DNA from: Rebecca billardiae RCC1528
Taxonomy: Eukaryota; Protista; Haptophyta
Direction of reading: 5' to 3'
Assembly (NCBI GenBank): GCA_965240325.2
Contig: OZ251226.1
Span: forward strand, 372,001-436,000
Length of the DNA stretch: 64,000 nucleotides
The translations under genes and the position numbers were made by a program. The notes under the pieces were generated by a model, which had not been told where the DNA came from, ran no database searches, and saw only the letters and a program-made list of their open reading frames with translations. Shown here one piece after another: positions 46,406-56,174 of this stretch (positions are counted from its first letter, which is position 1; each line of letters opens with the position of its first letter).

Positions 46406-47434
46406 CCCCCCCCCCCCCCCCCCCGCCGCCTGCGTGCAGTCGTGCACGCGGTCGACTCCTTGTGGTGATACGGTACAGTACTAGTACGCGGGTATTGCTG
46501 TATGTGGGGACTTCTCACATAATTAAATGACGTGTCGTCATACATCAAACGATCATACTAGTAAGGGTATCGGCGGCGTAATTTCGGTGTATACAGTAAT
46601 TACTGAGACTACATCTGCTTGATTAATACAGTATGGGGGTACAGTCTTGGCACTGCCATGGGTGAGGGTGGTGGTTGGTTGGGGGCTGGCCAGGCCACCC
46701 GTCCCAAGAAGCTCCTGAACCCGTCCCAGTCCGGGGGCGAGTTTAGCGTCCATGGACGCTAAACTCCGCCGGACACAGTGCGCGAGCTGAGCCTCGAGGC
46801 GAGATGAGCACGCAAGGCCCGTCACAGCGCCCGTCGCGCGCGCTTGACTGCGGCGGCTGAGATGGCTGGAGCGGCGGCGCGTTGCGCTCATCCTCAGTGC
46901 ACACTTGTAAGCGACCTTCGGCGCAGCAGACATGTGCCGCCTTGGGCCCTCCTCCGCCTGCTAGCGCGGCTCGACTGCAACTCGGTCGCCAAAGCCAAGC
47001 ATTGCCTACTGAGTCCGCTTCTGCCCGCGACACGCGCTTGAATGGCGTCTTGAGCGCGCGCGCATTGGAAACATATACACTGGCCCTCTCTCCAGACAGC
47101 GCGCGCCTGGCTCCTGCAGCGTACTCTGTGCGATGAAGCGGTGGCGTAGGCGCCTGCCGGCCTGTTGTTGAAACGCACCCGCTCGGCTAGTGAGCATGGG
47201 CGCAAAAGACGCCGGGAAGCCGAGACATGAGCGCCGGAAGGGGTTCCGAGGTACTACCAGATCAGCCCACCTGGCGCGCCGTCGCACAGCCCTCGCCTAC
47301 GCGCACGCGCACGACCAGAGCGAAGCTGCCCGCGTGGCGGACGGCCATTTCTTTCAAATGTTTTCGCTGAGTCAGCGGGCCGGCCCGCGACGGAGCTTGA
47401 CGTACTGGGCTGGGACGGGTGGTAGGGCTGGAGG

Positions 47435-50400
47435 AGGCCACTCCACCGAAATCGTGCCCGTCCCGGGCTAGCCGCTCCACTGGCGTCCCGGGCTAGGCCG
47501 GGACGCTCCGAGCGCGTCCCGGGCTAGCTGGCGCAGCGGGAGATAGTATTGAGCTCATAGGCGATGCCGCCGCGCCGCGTGCGCGCGCTCCGTCTCGCGC
47601 TGGCTGCGGCCGGGAGCGCGCGCGGCAAGCCGGCGCGTGCGGTCGGGCACCGGCGCTGAGGTATAGTGTGCCCATCCGCGCCCTCGGCTTGTGTCTGCGC
47701 GCCCTCCTCCGCCGCTGCGGGGCGCGCGTGTGGTCGCGCTGCCTCGCTCCCTGGGCGCACCGAAAGCGCGAGCGCGCAACGGGTCACGTGTGGCGTGTCG
47801 GACCCAACGCGTGCTCGCCTGGCGTGGGCTTTGGGTTCGTCATGGCCCTGGTCACGCGCGACGCCGGCCGTGCCCAGCCTTCTGACCGCGCGCAGCGCGC
47901 GTAGCACTGGCAGTCCCAGCTGCAGTCGAGCTGACCCGTCGGGGCTCGGCGGCACCCAGCCACTGGTAGGCGGCCGTGATCAGTCCACGCGTGAGTTAGA
48001 CGGCGGCTACACATCAGGCAGGTCGCGCTCTGCCGCGTGCAGGGCGGTTGCACAGCCACAAGTGCCCCCGCGATCGCGGCGCGCTCAGGTACGAACCAGA
48101 GCGCCGCAGTATTTTGTTGCATGCGCGCCGCCGGCAGGTGGCGAGCTGGGCCGTGCTGGTCGGTGTGGCTGGCGGGCGCGCTCGCGTGCGTGGCATGAGC
48201 GAGCGCGCCGCCGCCCTCGCCTGCCGCCCACGTCGCGCGCCGCGCGGCTGCGCGGCCGCGCGGCCTCCGTCGCTTTGGCGCTCGCGCGGCCGGCAGCTCC
48301 AGTGGACATCGGACACAGTGGCTGCCGTGGGCCAGCTGAAGAACTGGTCCTTACTAGTTCGCGAGCGGGGCGGCGGGTGAATAGGTTGATGCCGGCGGTC
48401 TTGCGTCTATGAGTGCCCGCATGCCACGTGTCTCCTCGTATCTTGATGTCCGGCAGTGCTCACGGATTCTGGGGTGGTACAATAACAGCTCAGCAGGCTG
48501 ACTGTCGTCCGCGGCAAACCTCACCCTGCGGGCTCGGTAGATGGACAATGCCCATGGCTGGTCACAAATCACAGGATACGTGAGCAGAAGGTATGCGCAC
48601 GCACCGAGATGTTGCGTCGCCCCTCTTGCCCGTGTTGCGGAGACCCAGTGGCGTACGGCAGCCTGCACTTGCGCCAGAGTCGGCCACAACCGAGGTGCGC
48701 AGCTCGAACGCTGCACACGCTCAGTGAGCGGCACCGCCTCGGCTTGCGAGCGGCTGCGTGCGCACGCATAAGACGACTGGATGCTGTCGCATAGGCACAC
48801 GCCCTAAGCGAAGTGGGATGGTGCTTAAGGTGGCGTCAGTTGTGACGTTGGCACCTGCCACGCCCACGGCGTCCGTTGAATCGACGGAGGCAATGATGAA
48901 GAGCCCGGATGAAAGCGCTTTACTTAGGAGCGTCAAGCGAGTCCTGACTGAATATACAGCAGTCCCTGATGAGGCCTCGAATTCGCACATTCGTGCCGAT
49001 TTGTCACGGGCTGGGGCTGCCGGAGCAGCACCCATCTGGCGGGTCCGTGCGAGGGTACACGCGTGGTGCGACGAAGCCATCACGCATCATCCACAAATCA
49101 CGGCGCAACACGCAGCTCAGTGCACGGAGGTGCTCGGCTGCTGCCAAGTACGATACGCTAGCCAATGACAAGGCCGAGCCACGGCTACAGTATGCGCGCG
49201 CTGATGGGCAGGGCCTGGGGCTGTGCGTGACAGGCCCGTCACCCGGTGTGAGCCAACTTCCGCTCATCTACGGTGGCCTCCGAACACTGGTACACCACGA
49301 TGCAGCGCTGTTCCAGTCTCAGCCGACATGCTCTGGGCACGCACCCGGTCACCGCCAGCCAGAGCCAAAGTACACAGTAGCTGTGCTGCTGTGCATCCAT
49401 CTCGTCATGCGGTGATACTCATGCCGATGCTGCGCGCTCACGGCTTGATGGCATGGCAACGGCAGTGACCATGCCCTACTTTGCAGCTAGCTGCTCCGTA
49501 TGCCAAGATGCTGTATGAATACTGCAGCGTATTTGCCAGCCAAGCGCAGTGGCGCCGGTGCCGCCTTCCGGCCACGCTGCCATCGGGAGCTGCCGGCCAC
49601 GCGAGCGCCGAAGCGACGTAGGCCGCGCAGCCGCGCGGCGCGCGACGTGGGCGGCAGGCGAGGGCGGCGGCGCGCTCGCTCATGCCACGCACGCGAGCGC
49701 GCCCGCCAGCCACACCGACCAGCACGGCCCAGCTCGCCACCTGCCGGCGGCGCGCATGCAACAAAATACTGCGGCGCTCTGGTTCGTACCTGAGCGCGCC
49801 GCGATCGCGGGGGCACTTGTGGCTGTGCAACCGCCCTGCACGCGGCAGAGCGCGACCTGCCTGATGTGTAGCCGCCGTCTAACTCACGCGTGGACTGATC
49901 ACGGCCGCCTACCAGTGGCTGGGTGCCGCCGAGCCCCGACGGGTCAGCTCGACTGCAGCTGGGACTGCCAGTGCTACGCGCGCTGCGCGCGGTCAGAAGG
50001 CTGGGCACGGCCGGCGTCGCGCGTGACCAGGGCCATGACGAACCCAAAGCCCACGCCAGGCGAGCACGCGTTGGGTCCGACACGCCACACGTGACCCGTT
50101 GCGCGCTCGCGCTTTCGGTGCGCCCAGGGAGCGAGGCAGCGCGACCACACGCGCGCCCCGCAGCGGCGGAGGAGGGCGCGCAGACACAAGCCGAGGGCGC
50201 GGATGGGCACACTATACCTCAGCGCCGGTGCCCGACCGCACGCGCCGGCTTGCCGCGCGCGCTCCCGGCCGCAGCCAGCGCGAGACGGAGCGCGCGCACG
50301 CGGCGCGGCGGCATCGCCTATGAGCTCAATACTATCTCCCGCTGCGCCAGCTAGCCCGGGACGCGCTCGGAGCGTCCCGGGCCTAGCCCGGGACGCCAGT

Positions 50401-50444
50401 GAAGCGGCTAGCCCGGGACGGGCACGATTTCGGTGGAGTGGCCT
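47435..50444. mobile_element. Foldback-type element, ~865-bp TIRs, 7-bp TSD CTGGAGG
   Basis: 47435-~48300 is the near-perfect reverse complement of ~49586-50444. CTGGAGG occurs at 47428-47434 and 50445-50451. GTCCCGGGCTAG is repeated subterminally. Confidence 0.9.
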
Positions 50445-50547
50445 CTGGAGGCTTCGGCCGCCAGCCTGCGGCACCCGGAGCCCGTTATAAAGGGGAATTT
50501 AAAAAAAAAAACAGTCAACAGGGCGCTCGCAACGAAGGCTGCGACCC

Positions 50548-51945
50548 ATGTTGCCGCTGCTGCTGCTGCTCGGGTGGTCGCTCAACGGCGACGACGTCCT
50601 CGGCGGAGCCTGCGAGCCACAGATGTACTTCGCCCGTGACGCCACCACGCTCGTTCCCAACAAGAATCACTTCACAGCCGACCTCATGGACCGCTCAGAG
50701 CGCGCAGATGGCTGCGCTGCCAGCGGCTTTCTGTTGAAGACGCCTCTCCTCCAGGGCCGCCGGAATCACGACTGCGTGATCGACGAGGAGAGCTTCGAGA
50801 TGGTCAACATCCTCGGGCGCTGGGCGCGCACTGTCGAATCGCGCAACCTGCTCACCGGCGCCTCCCGCTCGGTGCGCTCACACGGGACAGACCCGGCCGG
50901 GTGGCGCGTAGACGATCTCAACCACGTGTACGCCGTGCGCGTGCGCTCGCTGGTGGACGACAGGGACGAGCTGTGGCTGCCGTGCGGCTTCCACGGCGAC
51001 AACGTCAACGCCGAGCGCTCGGCCTCCTTCGCTCGGATCGTCCACCTGGACTCGCTCAATGTGACGGTGGGCCCGCGGCTGCTCCGCTCGGGCGGAGCAT
51101 GCTCGGCGTTGGCGCTGCACCTCGACGGCCCCGAGCGGCCCGCGCACGTGTGCACGTTCGGGGGCACGGATGGGACGCACGACAAGGGCACGCTCCTCAC
51201 GCAGGTGGCCTGCTTCGACCGCCGCGCTCAGCGGTGGCACCAGCCCTTCCCGCCGCTGCCTGTCGGGCTCGACCACTCCAACGCCGCGCTCGTGCCGGCG
51301 GGCACGTGCGGCGCCGACGAGCCGGCGAGGATTGTCCTGCTTAACTTCCGGACCGGGCACTACAGCGGGCACGTGGCGGACGTGCTCGAGCTCGACGTGG
51401 GTATGCCCGCGAACGGCACGCAGCAGCTCTCGAGCGCGAGCGCGTGGCGTCGGCTCAAGCCCAGCATGAACGTCTCCGGCGCCAGCAGCGGCCGCCAGGC
51501 GCACTCGACGCTCACGCCCCGAGACGCATCTGGGCTTGTGTCCGCGGCGGGTGGGCGCTATCTGCTCAACTTTGGCGGGGTGCACTACAGGACCGGTCGG
51601 TTCGGCGAGACCCAAGTGCATGTGCAAGACGAGGTGCGCGCCTTGGACGTCTGCCACCGATCGTGGGCGCACGTGCGCAGGCTCGGCGTGCCGCTGTTCG
51701 CACTGCAGACGTGCTCGTCTGCGGCGCTCGGGCTCAGTGTCTCGTGCGGCGGCCAGAGCGCCTGGCGGAACATGCTCAGGGTTCCCGTCCCTGGAACGAA
51801 GCTGGCCGACATGAACTTCAACTTCGACTCGTGCATCGCCCATCGCTTTCCCAGCCAGCCATATGCCAGGCTAGAAACACGCTGCCCGCACGTCGAGTCC
51901 GGGCAGTCTGGCGCCAGCTCGAGAATGGCCGGAATGGGAGCATAG
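50548..51945 (+). CDS. Secreted Kelch-type beta-propeller protein
   Basis: Signal peptide and Kelch-like motifs RRNHDCV, LWLPCGFHG, VCTFGGTDG, CFDRRAQRW...LPVGLDHS, LLNFGG. Confidence 0.7.
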   Translation: MLPLLLLLGWSLNGDDVLGGACEPQMYFARDATTLVPNKNHFTADLMDRSERADGCAASGFLLKTPLLQGRRNHDCVIDEESFEMVNILGRWARTVESRNLLTGASRSVRSHGTDPAGWRVDDLNHVYAVRVRSLVDDRDELWLPCGFHGDNVNAERSASFARIVHLDSLNVTVGPRLLRSGGACSALALHLDGPERPAHVCTFGGTDGTHDKGTLLTQVACFDRRAQRWHQPFPPLPVGLDHSNAALVPAGTCGADEPARIVLLNFRTGHYSGHVADVLELDVGMPANGTQQLSSASAWRRLKPSMNVSGASSGRQAHSTLTPRDASGLVSAAGGRYLLNFGGVHYRTGRFGETQVHVQDEVRALDVCHRSWAHVRRLGVPLFALQTCSSAALGLSVSCGGQSAWRNMLRVPVPGTKLADMNFNFDSCIAHRFPSQPYARLETRCPHVESGQSGASSRMAGMGA

Positions 51946-52118
51946 TGATGATGCATGCTGCCAGGCAGCACCGACCGATGGCAACTATAAGGTTAAGCTA
52001 CGACCGAGTAACTATACCGAGCAACGGCGCGTACGTACTGTATGTCTATCACCGGCACCGATCCACTATCCAGGATCCTGCGCTCTCTTCCTCTGCTGAC
52101 TGGCTCTTTTTCTCTCAC

Positions 52119-52290
52119 TGCCTCCGAGCGCGGGGCGGCCGCTTGCTGCAATGGCCGCCTCGATGAGGTGCGGCAACGCGCCACTCACCTGCCTGCGCCG
52201 GTCTGTTTTGTGGCGGTGTCTTTGTGCAGTGTTGGATGGCGTTAATCACGCCTTAACCAAGTGTGCACGTTAAATCATAGTAAACTGTAC
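52119..52290 (+). repeat. GTAC-ended repeat (type 1) with complete 3' end
   Basis: Ends GTTAATCACGCCTTAACCAAGTGTGCACGTTAAATCATAGTAAACTGTAC. Confidence 0.8.
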
Positions 52291-52421
52291 CCCCATACTG
52301 GCAAATCTGGCTGCGCGCATTTTTTAAAGTTAAAACTCATCATCGTCATCAATTCGCCTGGGAATGACGCCGGGACAGACGACGTCGGCATCGCCACGAG
52401 GTGACCCTTGCCGAGGTGAAG

Positions 52422-55050
52422 ATGGCCGACTTCCGTCCGCCGTCATGCTACGGCGCAGCACCGGCGCATCCCGGGCGGGGCCGCGGGAGCAACGCGCGCG
52501 GCGGCGCGCGCGGTGGCGGACGCGGTGGTCGTGCCCGCGGCTTTACGAGCCACCAGCCCTTCGCGCCGCTCCCGACCTCAGCGTTTGCGCCACCTGCGCA
52601 GTACGCGACGGCACATGCCACGCCGCCCGAGCCACTCGGCGCGTACAGCGCGCCCGCACTCGTGGTGGGTGACGGCGTGGGCCGCGGGGGTGGAGTGCGC
52701 ACACGCGGTGGCTTTCTTGGCGCGGCGCCTCGCGGCGGGGCACGCGGACGGGGCACATCGGCTCCGGTCGGGCAGGCGCGGCCGTTTGCGCCGCGCGGCG
52801 CACGCGTGCATGCTGATCCGGCGCCACACGCGGCGCACGGCGCGATGGACGAGGGCGCGTGGAGCGACGACGACGCCAACGCTCCCGCGGCCGCGCAGTC
52901 CACCCCGCTCCCCTCCGCCGCCGACGCGGAGGAGCGCATCAGCCGCGCAGATCTCGGCCTGAGCGCGCGCGTGTGCGGGCGGTTCGCTCCGGCCGAGCTG
53001 TTTGAGCGCAAGGGCGCGCTCGCGCTGCGCGTCGCGGCGCAGCGGCGCGCGCTCTCGGACGCGGACGTGCCCGACCTCGCGCTCGAGCTGCGGCGCGAGT
53101 GCGAGCGCATGCACGCCGAGCACGCCGCGCGGCTCGCCGCCCACGGCTCCGCGCTCAGGCCGGGCGCGCGCGTGCTGGTGGACGTGTGTGCCGAGGAGAA
53201 CTTTGGACGCCTCACGGACGCGGGCGTGGCCACGCTGTGCGCCGCGCTGTGCGCGCTCGAGCCGATCGCGCAGCCGCGGATCCTGCGGCTGCACGCGAAC
53301 GCGATCGGCGACGCGGGCGCCGCCGCGCTCGGCTCGCTGCTCCGCCGCACGCGCTGGCCCATCGAGGAGCTCCACCTCTCCCACAACCGGATCACCACAG
53401 CCGGACTCCTGTCGATTGTGCGCGCGGCGCTCGCGCCCGTGCCGCAGCGCGCGGGCGCGCCGCAGCTGCTGCCGAGCGGCGGCGGCGACGGCGGCGGCGG
53501 CTCGGGCGCGCTGCAGTACCCGCGGCTGCCGAACCGGACATGCCGCGCGGAGGCGGAGGGCGCGCGCGTGCCGCTCTGGCTGCGCGTCGAGTTCAACACG
53601 ATCGACGTGGATGAGGCTTCTCGCGCGCTCGATGCAGACGAGCGCGCGCGGCTGTGCGTCGTGTCGGCCGCGACGCGCGGAGCCGGGCCCACGCGCTGCT
53701 CGGTGCACGCGTGCCGGCGCTGCGCGCGCGGCGCCGCGCCACACGGCTCGCCGCCGCTCCCGGCCGTCCACCTGCCCTACTTTGAGCTGCAGAAGCTGCG
53801 GGGCGGGCAGCGGCTGTGCGCGGCGGGCGCGCGCCGGCCGCGCGCGCCAAGCGCAGCGGCGCGCGCCGCGGACGCAGGCGCACGCGCCGACGAGCCCGAG
53901 GCCGCCGCCGCGCCCGCCGCTGGCGCGGCCGACGGCGCCGAGCCCGCGCCCGCGCTCGAGCCGCCCGCGCTCTGGCTCCTCCTCGACACGAACGCCGTCG
54001 TGAGCATGGCGGGCGGCGCGGCGCGCGGCGCGAGCCTCACGTTTGAGCGCGTCGCGGCAGGCGCGGCCCTGTGCGCGGACGTGCGCCTCTTCCTGATCGA
54101 GACGGTGCGGCAGCAGCTCGAGGGGATCAAGGACGCGCCGGGGACGCGCGCGGACGCCTCGGCCGCCGTGCGCCGCTTCTTCGGCGCGCAGCTCGTCGAG
54201 CTCACCGAGTGCGGCTGGCTCGCCTACCTCGACACAGCTGAGGTGGAGGACCTGGCGAGGTCGCTGCCGTCGCACGTCGAGATTGCATCTGGGCGCGTGC
54301 TGCCCGGCGCGCGCGCGGCCGGCGGCGGCTCGGTGCGGCGCGACATGGACGGCCGGATCATTGACTGCGCGCGCGTGCTCAGCAGCCAGCTCGGCGCGGG
54401 GCAGCGCCTGCTCCTTCTGAGCGACGACGCCGAGCTCGTCTCGAGGGCGCACCGCCACGCCGTCCCAGCTGAGACGTGGCGGGCGCTCGACCGCGCCGCG
54501 GCGGCGCGCGCCGCTGCCGCTGCCGCCGGCGCAGCGGGCTCCAGCGCGAGCTCGGCTGCCAGGCCGGCGCCGCTCTCGGCCGCGGACGTGATCGGCGCGT
54601 GCGCGCCGCCCTGCCGCAGGCTGCTGGAGCAGGCGGTGCGCGCCGTGCGCGCGGCGCCCACCCGACCGCGCGTGCCCACCCCTTAGCCACCGGCGCGGCC
54701 GCCCGCTCATCATCGCTCCTGTGTGTGCGCGCGCGCGCGCGCGAACGCAGGGCGAGGCGAGTGCGGTGCTGCGCGGGCCGTTCGAGGAGCTCGGACTGGC
54801 CACGCAGCTGGGCGCGCAAGCGGCCGCCGCGCTGCGCGACGCTGCGGCGCGCGCCGAGGCAGGCGCGGCGCTCGCGGTCGAAGGCGCCACCTCCGCCCTG
54901 CTGCAGTGGCGCCAGCTGGCCGAGGCGCTCGAGGTAAGCAGCGCGCGATGGGATGGTCTGGCGCGCTCGCACGGCACGCTCAGCCGGCAGTCGGGCGCGG
55001 CGCAGCGCTCGACGGTCGTCGCGTCCTCCGCCGCATCTTCCTGCTCCTAG
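52422..55050 (+). CDS. RGG-rich + RNI-like LRR + PIN-domain protein; exons 52422-54635 and 54751-55050
   Basis: RGG tracts. LRR 'LRLHANAIGDAGAAALGSLL...IEELHLSHNRITTAGL'. PIN motifs 'LLLDTNAVV', 'TVRQQLEGIK', 'DMDGRIIDCA', 'LLLSDDAEL'. GT-AG intron 54636-54750. Confidence 0.75.
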
Positions 55051-55233
55051 CAGCAGATGAAGACTGCGGCGTCGTCGTCGAATAGTAGTGACGGACGAAC
55101 GACGTCATCGCGCTGCTGCATGTAGTAGCCGTCAATCGTCATACAGTAGTCATACACTCAGCATACTGAGTTTATATCGCGATCATCATCCCGCGCGCTA
55201 ATAATTATATGAATTCGCGCGTCGATATATATA

Positions 55234-56058
55234 TGTCGAAGGCGTTGAAGTAAGCCCGAAACGACTGAGCTAAATCGGTTCGCGCGAACCGATTTAGCTC
55301 AGTCGTTTCGGGCTCTTCAACGCCTTCGACATAACCGTAAGTCTCCTGTGGGACACCCCGCGAGGGGCTGTAGTCCCGTCCAGTGTTCTGACGGATTTGT
55401 TGTCGAGGTTTTTCTCTCCCCGCCTGGTCTCTCCCAGGTGTTCCACCCTGCGTGCTCGTCTGCTCTGCTCTGGCTTCGTAGAGACTCCGTCTTTTGTGGG
55501 CGGTGAGCCCTTCTTGCTGCTCTGGCTTTGTGAGGCTCTTTCTGTAGTCTTTGTTGTTGACCCGGGCGACTGTACCCGGAGGTTGCGCGTCGCGGACCGT
55601 GCTCGTTTTTCTGTCGTCTTTCTTTGTCGGTCATCCTCTTCGTGCTCCCCTCTTTCGTTCTATCGTCTTTTTGCCGACTCCTCGCTTTTCATTCCCCCCC
55701 GGAGCCGCGAGGCTCTCGCGAGGTCGAAAGCGCTTCGCGTGAAAGGCCAAGAGTTGCCCGCGTCGGTCGGTCGCTGGATTCGAACAGGTGACTTTACGGT
55801 TGTGTCGAAGGCGTTGAAGAGCCCGAAACGACTGAGCTAAATCGGTTCGCGGGACCCTGCGAGAGACCAGGCGGGGAGAGAAAAACCTCGACAACAAATC
55901 CGTCAGAACACTGGACGGGACTACAGCCCCTCGCGGGGTGTCCCACAGGAGACTTACGGTTATGTCGAAGGCGTTGAAGAGCCCGAAACGACTGAGCTAA
56001 ATCGGTTCGCGCGAACCGATTTAGCTCAGTCGTTTCGGGCTCTTCAACGCCTTCGACA
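55234..56058. mobile_element. 825-bp element with ~200-bp TIRs each ending in a ~96-bp palindrome, inserted in (TA)n
   Basis: Palindromes at 55234-55331 and 55963-56058. Inverted arms at 55332-55433 and 55861-55962. A fifth copy of the 48-bp half-site lies at 55803-55850. Termini are TGT...ACA. Confidence 0.9.
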
Positions 56059-56174
56059 ATATATATATATATGTCTAGCGCCGTCCTCGAAGCGCCTGCG
56101 CCATATCCGCGACGGCTGACTCCATCACTGGACTATTAGTATTAAGACTAAGTCACTTACTAAGAGTAAGACAC

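Noticed and set aside
48300-49586. Short ORFs in the foldback core as a transposase
   Set aside because: No DDE, THAP or zinc-finger motif recognisable; ORFs are under 150 aa.
55963-56058. TTGAAGA-GCCC-GAAAC resembles a minimal hammerhead ribozyme core
   Set aside because: C3 is not conserved and no stem I can form directly after an NUH site; the pairing is explained by the palindrome.
55234-56058. Interpretation as a TRIM/LTR element (TG...CA repeats)
   Set aside because: No PBS or polypurine tract next to the repeats, and the inner B arms are inverted rather than direct.
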